Below, piece after piece: positions 1 through 7,100 of a stretch of DNA of 39,504 nt. Made by a program: the position numbers and the translations under genes. The DNA comes from Patescibacteria group bacterium AH-259-L07 (GTDB taxonomy: Bacteria; Patescibacteriota; Patescibacteriia; UBA2591; UBA6264). The notes beneath the pieces were generated by a model, which saw only the letters and a list, made by a program, of their open reading frames with translations, made no database searches and was not told the DNA's origin. Each line of letters starts with the position of its first letter. Positions within the stretch are counted from its first letter, which is position 1. The DNA is taken from positions 1-39,504 of the forward strand of contig JALLOP010000001.1 of assembly GCA_027718005.1 (NCBI GenBank), written 5' to 3'.

Positions 1-39
1 AATTTCAAGCTTCGCTTAAAATTTAGCAGTAAAATAATA

Positions 40-88
40 AACCTTGTAAATTTCAAGGTTCTGCGAGCGTAGCGAGCAGGTTCTTATA
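40..88. repeat. GC-rich repeat, family 2: hairpin AACCTTG/CAAGGTT followed by TTCAAGGTTCTG-(spacer)-CAGGTTCTTAT
   Basis: Shares TTCAAGGTTCTG...GGTTCTTAT with 24183-24218 (same orientation) and 9331-9405 (reverse orientation). Lies 45 nt upstream of the 133 start codon. Confidence 0.7.
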
Positions 89-132
89 TTTTATGACAAA
101 TAAAGAGAAGTAAAAAAAAATAGTAAAATAAA

Positions 133-1494
133 ATGAACAAAAACGAGATTAAAAAATTGATAGAAAAAGGAGAAAACGAAAAAGTAGAGCTCAAAGAAAA
201 TTTTGATAAAGAAGCAATAAAAACAACAGTTGCTTTTGCAAATACTAACGGAGGCGTAATTCTAATAGGCGTGAGTAATAAGAGAAAGATTAAGGGCGTT
301 TCGATCGGAAAAGAAACTTTAAAAGATTGGATAAATAAAATTTCTCAAGCAACAGAGCCAACATTAATTCCCGAAATAGAAAGCTATAAAATAGAAGGAA
401 AAGATGTAGTCAAAATAACACTAAAAGAATCCCCGATAAAACCTGTGGCATATAGAGGCATTTGTTATTTAAGAGTTAAAAATAGCAACAGAAAATTAAC
501 CCCCAAAGAAATTGCTGATTTGCATTTACAAACAGTCGGCTCTTCTTGGGATAGTTATCCGGCAAGAGATGCTAAATTGAAGGATATTGACTTAGAAAAG
601 GTTAAGGAATATATCAAGTTAGCAAATGAAACGGGGAGAAGAAAAATAAAAGAAAAGCCCTTGGAATCCCTGAAAAAACTTGAGCTAATAAAAAACAACA
701 GACCAACATGGGCTACGATTCTACTTTTCGGCAAAGAACCTCAGAGATTTGTTTTACAAGCTAAAGTTCATTGCGGGAGATTTAAGTTTTCAAAAATTGA
801 TATTTTGGACGATAGAATGATTGATGAGAATCTAATTGAACAAGTTGATGAAGTAATGAATTTTATTAAAAAATATATTAGCGTAAGGTTTTTTATTACA
901 GGAAAACCAAGAAGAAAACAGGTTTGGGAATATCCTTTAGATGCTCTGAGAGAAGCCATAGTAAATGCTATTGTACATAGAGATTATACTGAATCAAGTG
1001 AAACACAAGTTGAGGTATATGATGATAGAATTGAAATATGGAATCCAGGAGAATTACCTTTAGGAATAGAGATAGAGGATTTATATAAAATAGATCATAA
1101 ATCAATCCCCAGAAATCGGCTCATTGCCCAAATATTTTATGACATTGGTTTTATTGAGAAATACGGCAGTGGGACCATAAGAATGCTTGACCTTTGTAAA
1201 AAAGCAGGGAGATTTCTTGAATTTAAAGAAGTTTCAAATGGCTTTTCAATAATTTTTAGAAAATCAAAATTAACAGACGAGTATTTGGGAAAAATGGACT
1301 TAAATGAAAGACAGGAAAAGGTGATAGAGCGCCTTAAAGAACATAAAAAAATAACAAGCAGGGAATATGCCAAGCTTTTTGAGATTACCGAAAGGACGGC
1401 AAGAAATGACTTAAAAAGACTTAGAGATAAAGGGCTTGTCCAGAGAAAAGGCATCAGCGATAAAACAGCTTATTACGTCTTAGCGGAAATTTAG
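133..1494 (+). CDS. AlbA_2 (Schlafen-type) DNA-binding domain / HATPase_c_4-like ATP-binding protein with C-terminal winged-helix region
   Basis: 453-aa ORF. The N-terminus (ENEKVELKENF...AFANTNGGVILIGV) is typical of AlbA_2. The central part (REAIVNAIVHRDY...IEIWNPG) is typical of the HATPase_c_4 family annotated as RecG-C-terminal-like. The C-terminus (ITSREYAKLFEITERTARNDLKRL) looks like an HTH. Confidence 0.6.
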   Translation: MNKNEIKKLIEKGENEKVELKENFDKEAIKTTVAFANTNGGVILIGVSNKRKIKGVSIGKETLKDWINKISQATEPTLIPEIESYKIEGKDVVKITLKESPIKPVAYRGICYLRVKNSNRKLTPKEIADLHLQTVGSSWDSYPARDAKLKDIDLEKVKEYIKLANETGRRKIKEKPLESLKKLELIKNNRPTWATILLFGKEPQRFVLQAKVHCGRFKFSKIDILDDRMIDENLIEQVDEVMNFIKKYISVRFFITGKPRRKQVWEYPLDALREAIVNAIVHRDYTESSETQVEVYDDRIEIWNPGELPLGIEIEDLYKIDHKSIPRNRLIAQIFYDIGFIEKYGSGTIRMLDLCKKAGRFLEFKEVSNGFSIIFRKSKLTDEYLGKMDLNERQEKVIERLKEHKKITSREYAKLFEITERTARNDLKRLRDKGLVQRKGISDKTAYYVLAEI

Positions 1495-1512
1495 CGGAAA
1501 TTTAGCGGAAAT
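1480..1512. repeat. Perfect tandem repeat, 3 x 11 nt (TTAGCGGAAAT), spanning the stop codon of CDS 133..1494
   Basis: Read directly: units at 1480-1490, 1491-1501 and 1502-1512, followed by a T-run. Confidence 0.95.
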
Positions 1513-1567
1513 CCTTTTTTTTAAATAGATTGTACGATTAATGAACGATTATTGCGCGATTATGATA

Positions 1568-1605
1568 AAATCATCCAGTAAATCATCCAGTATACTGGAT
1601 GATTT
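1568..1605. promoter_or_regulatory. Operator-like site: AAATCATCCAGTA direct repeat merging into a 26-nt perfect palindrome (1580-1605)
   Basis: AAATCATCCAGTATACTGGATGATTT is a perfect palindrome. An extra direct half-site sits at 1568-1580, and TATAAT follows at about 1624. Confidence 0.45.
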
Positions 1606-1666
1606 TAGAAAAATATGATACACTATAATTTGAAGCGAGGGTCAAAAGAAAAACAAATTTTTTCTT

Positions 1667-1734
1667 TAGCGTAAGGTTTGTTATTATAGGAAAACCAAGA
1701 AGAAAACAGGCTTGGGAATATCCTTTAGATGCCC
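1667..1734 (+). repeat. 68-nt duplicated fragment of CDS 133..1494 (copy of about 879-946, 4 mismatches by eye)
   Basis: TAGCGTAAGGTTTGTTATTATAGGAAAACCAAGAAGAAAACAGGCTTGGGAATATCCTTTAGATGCC compared with the in-gene copy. Confidence 0.9.
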
Positions 1735-1739
1735 TTTCA

Positions 1740-2204
1740 TTGAAAAGTCCTGGTTTTGAAATAAGAGGTCCGACCTTTTCAAACCGAAATGCAAGGTCGG
1801 ACCTCGAAAGCCGGGCTTTGTTTAAGATAATTATTTCTGGCTCGCGGCCGCTCAACCCTGAAATAAATGAAGCTAAAAAAATAAAAATATTCTTAACAGA
1901 GCGAGGTATTCCTGAAAATAATATCGCATTAGAAGTTGTTTCGCGAACAACTAAAGAAAGCGCATACTATATTAAAGAAATGGTTGATAACAAGCCGTTC
2001 TTTTTAGTTACGTCTGCATATCATATGCCACGTTCAATGTATATATTTGAAAAAGTAGGAACTTCTCCTATTCCTGCGCCAACTGATTTTAAAGCAGAAT
2101 TTATTTATACCATCGTAGATATATTTCCGCATGCAGATAGCCTACGGAAAAGTGATATTGCATTTCATGAATATATTGGAATGATATATTACAAAATCTG
2201 GTAA
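1740..2204 (+). pseudogene. 5'-truncated DUF218 (YdcF/SanA/ElyC-like) gene remnant
   Basis: The C-terminal two thirds (IISGS...SEA-like...RGIPENNIALEVVSRTTKESA...FLVTSAYHMPRS) match DUF218. The N-terminal part of the ORF reads through the hairpin repeat and lacks the usual N-terminal region. Confidence 0.5.
1766..1805. repeat. Hairpin repeat GAGGTCCGACCTT-(loop ending AAATGC)-AAGGTCGGACCTC
   Basis: 13-bp perfect arms. A related copy lies at 4143-4210. Confidence 0.85.
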
Positions 2205-2235
2205 CCTGTAACGAGTAACCAGTAACGGGTAACGG
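2201..2235. repeat. Heptamer array, 5 x GTAACNN (35 nt), starting inside the stop codon of the DUF218 remnant
   Basis: GTAACCT GTAACGA GTAACCA GTAACGG GTAACGG read directly. Confidence 0.95.
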
Positions 2236-2242
2236 TAAGTTA

Positions 2243-2446
2243 TCAAATGAAATCAGAGAGCCTCTCGGACTTACCGCACGAAAAGACGCGGTCAATTTCC
2301 CCAGCGAGGAAATTGCCGCTAGGGCTCGGGCTCGCTCTCCACGACTAAATGTCGTGGAACCATGCCCGCTCGCCCTCCGCACTCTTTTCTTTGCGGCAAG
2401 TCCTGCGGGCTTTAGGAGTAAAGGTCTAGTCTCCGATTTCATTTGA
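2243..2446. ncRNA. Candidate structured RNA or large GC-rich element (about 204 nt), unknown class
   Basis: 12-bp closing helix (2243-2254 with 2435-2446). Second helix 2267-2278 with 2392-2403. Local hairpins at 2293-2315 and 2339-2357. GC content is far above the flanks. Confidence 0.3.
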
Positions 2447-2516
2447 AAGTCAACCCATAATTATTTAAAATATACAAAGCCGAGTCTTAGATTATAACAC
2501 CTGTGGATAAGTGAGG

Positions 2517-2545
2517 TTGACTTTTAGTAATAACCCTACTATTAT
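2517..2545 (+). promoter_or_regulatory. Sigma70-like promoter TTGACT-N17-TATTAT preceded by TGTGGATAA (DnaA-box consensus on the opposite strand, 2502-2510)
   Basis: Spacing counted directly. It points toward the ATPase gene at 2744. Confidence 0.4.
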
Positions 2546-2576
2546 TAAAAAGTATTTAATAATAACCCTACTATTA
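2528..2576. repeat. 17-nt perfect direct repeat TAATAACCCTACTATTA x2 (2528-2544 and 2560-2576)
   Basis: Read directly. The first copy overlaps the putative -10. Confidence 0.9.
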
Positions 2577-2743
2577 GAAAATAGTCCCTCGCTAACGCTC
2601 GGGGACTATGTTCTCCATAGGGCTTCCGCCCTCTGGCGCTCGCCCTGCGGGCTCGCTATCACCCCCACGGGGAAACTACGTTTCCCCGACCCCTTTCCTA
2701 TTGTATCGGAATAAAGACTTTCCGATACAATTAAAACTTTTGT

Positions 2744-4051
2744 ATGGAAAAAAAGCAATATTTAAACCGAAACCTATTTGCTTATATTAAAAAGTGGATA
2801 GATAGAAAAGAAATTTTAGCTATTAAAGGCCCGCGACAAGCAGGTAAAACTACTCTTTTAAAAATGCTTGAACAGTGGTTAACACAAGAAAAAAAAGTAA
2901 ATCCAGATAACATTATATTTATCACTTTTGAAGACGATGAGATGTTAGAACAATTTACTCTTGATGCACGGGAGACGGTAAAAAGTATAATTTCAGACAA
3001 AAAAGAAACATTTTATCTTTTAATAGATGAATTTCACTACCTGGAACAAGGCGGACACATTTTGAAACTATTATACGATACATTTGATAATATTAAATTT
3101 ATCATTACCGGATCATCATCGTTAGAACTTACGGGAAAAACGGCAAAATTTTTAGTGGGAAGAGTATTTTTTCTTGATCTATGGCAATTTGATTTTGGCG
3201 AGTTTTTACAAGTTAAATCTAAACAACTCAATAATGTATACCAAGAAAAATCTAAGCAAATAAAAGCATTTATTTACGATTCTAAGCCTTTCATTTCTCC
3301 CAAAAAAGATATTTTTACTAACAATTTTGAAAAACTATTTGAACAATACGCAATATGGGGAGGATATCCAGAAGTACTAAAAACCAATGATAAAGAAACA
3401 AAAAGAACAATACTTAAAAATATTTATAATACGTATATTAAAAAAGATATTATAGAACTTTTAAAAATATCCAATACTTCAACGTTTAAAAAACTAATTA
3501 ACTTATTAGCTCTTCGGACGGGCAATCTAATTAAATATGATTCACTTATTGATGATTCTGGCAGTTATTTTGAAGAAGTTAAACAGTATCTTTCTGTTCT
3601 AGAAGAAACCTTTATAATTTCACTTATAAAACCATTTTTTACTAATAAAACGACAGAGATAAGAAAATCGCCTAAAATCTATTTTATTGACTCGGGACTA
3701 CGAAACTATATTATTAATAATTTTAATATCCCTTCTTTAAGAACAGATATCGGCGCATTGGCGGAAAATATAGTTTTTTCTCAATTAAAAAAACAGAATG
3801 ATGAATTAGAACTAAAATACTGGAGAACAAAAGGAGACGCTGAAGTAGACTTTATTATAGAAAAACCAAAAGAATTAATTCCCATAGAAGTAAAATATTC
3901 TACTTTAAAATCTACACGTGTCTCAAGAAGCTTTAAAAATTTTATATCTCAATATAAACCTCAAAGAGGAATAATCCTAACTAAAGGATTTTGGGGAGAA
4001 ACAAAAGTTGCTACAACGCTTGTAAAATTTATTCCTATTTGGTATTTGTAA
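2744..4051 (+). CDS. AAA+ ATPase of the AAA_14 / DUF4143 type
   Basis: Walker A GPRQAGKTTLLK and Walker B LLIDEFHY. The C-terminal part (YWRTKGDAEVDFII...IPIEVKY) resembles the nuclease-fold DUF4143 region. Confidence 0.75.
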   Translation: MEKKQYLNRNLFAYIKKWIDRKEILAIKGPRQAGKTTLLKMLEQWLTQEKKVNPDNIIFITFEDDEMLEQFTLDARETVKSIISDKKETFYLLIDEFHYLEQGGHILKLLYDTFDNIKFIITGSSSLELTGKTAKFLVGRVFFLDLWQFDFGEFLQVKSKQLNNVYQEKSKQIKAFIYDSKPFISPKKDIFTNNFEKLFEQYAIWGGYPEVLKTNDKETKRTILKNIYNTYIKKDIIELLKISNTSTFKKLINLLALRTGNLIKYDSLIDDSGSYFEEVKQYLSVLEETFIISLIKPFFTNKTTEIRKSPKIYFIDSGLRNYIINNFNIPSLRTDIGALAENIVFSQLKKQNDELELKYWRTKGDAEVDFIIEKPKELIPIEVKYSTLKSTRVSRSFKNFISQYKPQRGIILTKGFWGETKVATTLVKFIPIWYL

Positions 4052-4105
4052 TAAAGCCTACGGATAAGCGGTATTGACTTTTCTAAGTATTTTACCAAAA
4101 ATAGT

Positions 4106-4131
4106 AAAATCCGACTTTGAGTCGGGTTTTT
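4106..4131 (+). terminator. Rho-independent terminator after the ATPase gene
   Basis: AAAATCCGAC-TTTGA-GTCGGGTTTT hairpin followed by a T-run. Confidence 0.6.
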
Positions 4132-4142
4132 GTAATAAAAAA

Positions 4143-4210
4143 GAGGTTCGACCTTTTAGAGTTGAAATACAAGACCCGACCTTTTGATAAAAAATGCAAG
4201 GTCGGGTCTT
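4143..4210. repeat. Second locus of the CGACCTTTT...AAATGCAAGGTCGG hairpin repeat (one partial unit plus a complete 13-bp hairpin at 4171-4210)
   Basis: AAGACCCGACCTT...AAGGTCGGGTCTT, homologous to 1766-1805. Confidence 0.85.
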
Positions 4211-4257
4211 TATATAAAAGGAATCTTAAGCATGTGGATAAGTAGGGTTGACAGTCA

Positions 4258-4349
4258 ACTGTTGCGAGGGCAAGGCTCGAAGCAATCCCAAATCAAAGAA
4301 TAGATTGCTTCGCTCCTTTCAGTCGCTCGCAATGACACTTCGTGTCATT
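4258..4349. repeat. GC-rich element, family 1 (CTGTTGCGAGG...GAAGCAATC...GATTGC...CGCTCGCAATGACAC-loop-GTGTCATT)
   Basis: Collinear with 6565-6650. Shares CGCTCCTTTCAGTCGCTCG with 35476-35494. Internal 9-bp and 8-bp hairpins. Confidence 0.85.
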
Positions 4350-4453
4350 TTCAGATTCCTCAATTATAAAAAGTATTTAGGAATAGCAGACTTAAAAATA
4401 AAAAATATCTAATCCTTTTCTGGTTAGATATTTTTATAAACTAATTTAAGTAT

Positions 4454-4780
4454 TTAAATTATTCTTATTCCTGTCCTCTTAATTTCAGAAACTAAAGGAT
4501 CATCGCCAACAAAATCCTTTGGATGAAAACCAACAGGGGCAATCATATTTCTAGCATCATGGTCGGTTCTTCTAACCCATAAGTATTCCAGTGGGTCAAT
4601 TCTGCCTTTAAATTTAGGCGAAATAATACAAATATCAATATCGCTCCATTTGTGAGAACTGCCCTTAGTATGAGAGCCGAAAAGTATTACCTGTTTTATA
4701 GGTAATTTATCTTTTTTAAGTTCATCAATATAATCTTTGATCTTTTTTTCTATTTGTTTGTTAACTCTTTTTTTAGCCAT
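4454..4780 (-). CDS. Nucleotidyltransferase-domain protein (MNT-type, putative antitoxin partner of HEPN)
   Basis: LFGSHTKGSSHKWSDIDICII matches the GS-x-G...D-x-D polymerase-beta-type NTase motif. It overlaps the upstream HEPN gene by 31 nt. Confidence 0.8.
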   Translation of the reverse strand: MAKKRVNKQIEKKIKDYIDELKKDKLPIKQVILFGSHTKGSSHKWSDIDICIISPKFKGRIDPLEYLWVRRTDHDARNMIAPVGFHPKDFVGDDPLVSEIKRTGIRII

Positions 4781-5154
4781 AGAATTAAATCATGAGTAAT
4801 TTTTAAATATTCCTCAGCATATTTTTTTGTAACTTTTTTATAAAATGCATATCTGAGAGTATCATATCGTGCTCGCATATTAAAAGTAGTAATAATTTCC
4901 AAATACTTTTTTCTCTCAGCACTAACTTCAATGCCAGTTTTTAAAATCAAACTGTAAAGGTCGTGGGTGAAAGGTGCTTGATTCCCGGTTCTGGAAACAA
5001 CCAATGCCTTAATTAATCTTTCTAGGGTTAAATGGCAAAAAAATAAAGAATAGTTATAATGTTTTAAATCAAGAAGACTTTGAGCAACCTGCCAGTCCTT
5101 TTTAGCGTTATCTTGCCAATAATCAACAAATTTTTTAATCTTTGTTTTATCCAT
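4750..5154 (-). CDS. HEPN-domain protein
   Basis: AQSLLDLKHYNYSLFFCHLTLERLIKALV...PFTHDLYSL is a typical HEPN helix pattern. It is paired with the NTase gene. Confidence 0.7.
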   Translation of the reverse strand: MDKTKIKKFVDYWQDNAKKDWQVAQSLLDLKHYNYSLFFCHLTLERLIKALVVSRTGNQAPFTHDLYSLILKTGIEVSAERKKYLEIITTFNMRARYDTLRYAFYKKVTKKYAEEYLKITHDLILWLKKELTNK

Positions 5155-5165
5155 TTTCTTAATTT

Positions 5166-6170
5166 TTATTCTTGTTCTTTGATTGCTTGAAGGATTTTGT
5201 TTTTAAGATCTGTGGTGATTTTAGGATTTTCTTTTAAATAATTTTTAGCATTTTCCCAGCCAACGCCAAGCTTTTCTTTGTCATAGTATAACGTGTTGCC
5301 TTTTTTCGCAACTAAATTATATTTTGCGCCTAAATTAAGCAAATCACCTGTATATGAAATTCCTTCGTTATACATAATCTCAAACTCGCATATTTTAAAT
5401 GGCGGTGCTACTTTATTTTTTACTACTTTTGCCTTTACCCGATTGCCTATTACTTCATCGCCTTTTTTAATTTGAGCTAAACGGCGCAGTTCAATTCTTA
5501 CTGATGAATAAAATTTTAAAGCTAAACCGCCCGTCGTAGTTTGAGGTGAGCCGAAATATACGCCGATTTTCATGCGGATTTGATTAATAAAAATAACTGA
5601 AGTTTTAGATTTGCTAACAATAGCGGTTAATTTTCTTAATCCTTGACTCATTAAACGGGCTTGAAGACCAATATGCTGGTCTCCCATCTCGCCTTCTATT
5701 TCTCTTTTAGGAGTTAATGCTGCTACAGAATCTATCACAATCACATCTATCCCATTTGAGCGAACCAATGTTTCAACAATCTCTAAGGCCTGCTCTCCTG
5801 TATCTGGCTGAGAGATTAACAAATCATTTACCTTTACGCCAATACGCTTTGCATATTCTGGATCTAAGGCATGCTCGGCATCAACAAAAGCGGCTATACC
5901 GCCTTTTTTTTGTGCTTCAGCTATGATATGAAGCGCTAATGTACTTTTTCCAGTCATCTCAAGTCCGAAAATTTCTATAACCCGGCCGCGGGGAATGCCG
6001 CCAACACCCAATGCTAAATCCAAGGAAAGACAGCCGGTTGGGATCACATCCACTTTCATTTTTTTTGCCTCTCCCAGCTTCATAATAGCCCCTTCGCCAA
6101 ACCGGGACTGCAACTGTTCAACTGCAGATTCTGCAGCTTTAACACGATCAGATTTTTGCTCTTTAGCCAT
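5166..6170 (-). CDS. recA: Recombinase RecA
   Basis: [45 protein letters not shown]. Confidence 0.97.
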   Translation of the reverse strand: MAKEQKSDRVKAAESAVEQLQSRFGEGAIMKLGEAKKMKVDVIPTGCLSLDLALGVGGIPRGRVIEIFGLEMTGKSTLALHIIAEAQKKGGIAAFVDAEHALDPEYAKRIGVKVNDLLISQPDTGEQALEIVETLVRSNGIDVIVIDSVAALTPKREIEGEMGDQHIGLQARLMSQGLRKLTAIVSKSKTSVIFINQIRMKIGVYFGSPQTTTGGLALKFYSSVRIELRRLAQIKKGDEVIGNRVKAKVVKNKVAPPFKICEFEIMYNEGISYTGDLLNLGAKYNLVAKKGNTLYYDKEKLGVGWENAKNYLKENPKITTDLKNKILQAIKEQE

Positions 6171-6180
6171 AAATTTTTAA

Positions 6181-6963
6181 TTACTCTTCTAATACGACCT
6201 GGCGATATATGGTTCGCATACGCGAGTATTTTTTCTTGGCTGAAATCTCAATGGTATTTAAACCAGGCAATAACGCCACAACTTGTTTAAAACCCCCATA
6301 AGCATCAGCAGTGCCAATTAATTGATTATTTATAAAAACTTCTATATGAGGTTTTGTTGTGCCTTGTACGACAATGCTGGACTTTGAAGCTATAAATTCA
6401 TCTGGCGGATGTATGATCTCAATTAATGGCGGTGCTATCGCTGTTTTAATATTAACACCAATATATAATAAGATCAAGACAAGAATTACCAGTACTATAA
6501 TATTTTTAGAATAAACTAACTTTAAAGGGATGCGGGATGACAAGTGGGTGTGAGATTGCGGAGCCTGTTGCGAGGCCGTAGGCCGAAGCAATCTTAAAAC
6601 AGAGGAGAGATTGCCACGTCGCTCGCTCCTCTCGCTCCTCGCAATGACAAAAGAGGGTCGACGGCCTCCTCGCAATGACAAGGGGGGACGGGATGACAAA
6701 GGAGTGCTATATTCTTGTTCCCATTGATTTACAATACTTTGCGCATCTAATTCTAACGCCTCTGCATAGCGTTTGAGAATCCCGCGCGTATACGTTGCGC
6801 TGGGAAATTTATAAAAATCATCTGCTTCTAAATATTCTAAATATTTTTTAACAATGCTCGTGCTTTGTTCTACATCTTTAAGACTCAATCCCTTATCCTC
6901 ACGCGTTTGTTGTAACACATGCCCTAAGGTATCTGATCTCACTTGTTTTGAAGTAAAAGTCAT
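6181..6963 (-). CDS. RodZ-like helix-turn-helix membrane protein
   Basis: N-terminal HTH (LSLKDVEQSTSIVKKYLEYLE), one TM segment and a C-terminal beta-rich domain. The linker is encoded by a GC-rich repeat. Confidence 0.6.
   Translation of the reverse strand: MTFTSKQVRSDTLGHVLQQTREDKGLSLKDVEQSTSIVKKYLEYLEADDFYKFPSATYTRGILKRYAEALELDAQSIVNQWEQEYSTPLSSRPPLSLRGGRRPSFVIARSERSERRGNLSSVLRLLRPTASQQAPQSHTHLSSRIPLKLVYSKNIIVLVILVLILLYIGVNIKTAIAPPLIEIIHPPDEFIASKSSIVVQGTTKPHIEVFINNQLIGTADAYGGFKQVVALLPGLNTIEISAKKKYSRMRTIYRQVVLEE
6565..6690. repeat. GC-rich element, family 1, embedded in frame in the RodZ-like CDS
   Basis: CTGTTGCGAGGCCGTAGGCCGAAGCAATC...CTCGCAATGACAAGGGGGGACGGGATGACAAA is homologous to 4258-4349 and to the tail of 35466-35558. 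It is translated as ...RSERSERRGNLSSVLRLLRPTASQQ... Confidence 0.85.
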
Positions 6964-6974
6964 TTTTTTAAAAC

Positions 6975-7100
6975 CCTAAACTCTAAACCCTAAACTCTAA
7001 TCAAATCCAAAATCCTAAACTCAAAATTCAAAACGGTTTAGATATTCGAATTTTGATATTAGATATTGTTTAGGATTTCGAAATTAGAATTTAGGATTTC
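6975..7100. repeat. CTAAAC-type heptamer array (CCTAAAC TCTAAAC CCTAAAC TCTAATC...) facing an inverted, degenerate GTTTAG-type arm
   Basis: Read directly. It fills the ftsK-stop to RodZ-like-start spacer. Confidence 0.85.

Noticed and set aside
768-1454. Minus-strand ORFs 768..959 and 1137..1454 inside the AlbA_2 gene.
   Set aside because: They are antisense to a CDS with clear domain motifs, and their translations are low-complexity.
1583-1855. 90-aa minus-strand ORF.
   Set aside because: It spans the palindromic operator, the duplicated gene fragment (read antisense) and the hairpin repeat. It is an artefact of repeat DNA.
2101-2790. ORFs 2101..2442 (-), 2511..2714 (+) and 2608..2790 (+).
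   Set aside because: Their translations are Arg/Pro/Gly/Ala-rich read-throughs of GC-rich hairpin DNA. They overlap the candidate RNA and the promoter region, and one overlaps the well-supported ATPase start.
2502-4241. DnaA boxes considered as the replication origin.
   Set aside because: Only isolated boxes are present, kilobases apart. There is no dnaA or dnaN, no AT-rich unwinding element cluster, and each box sits next to a promoter-like TTGAC.
6975-7002. CCCTAAA-like units considered as telomeric repeats (plant-type TTTAGGG).
   Set aside because: The array is internal, lies between two bacterial genes on a contiguous operon-dense sequence, and alternates with CTCTAAA units. The resemblance is coincidental.
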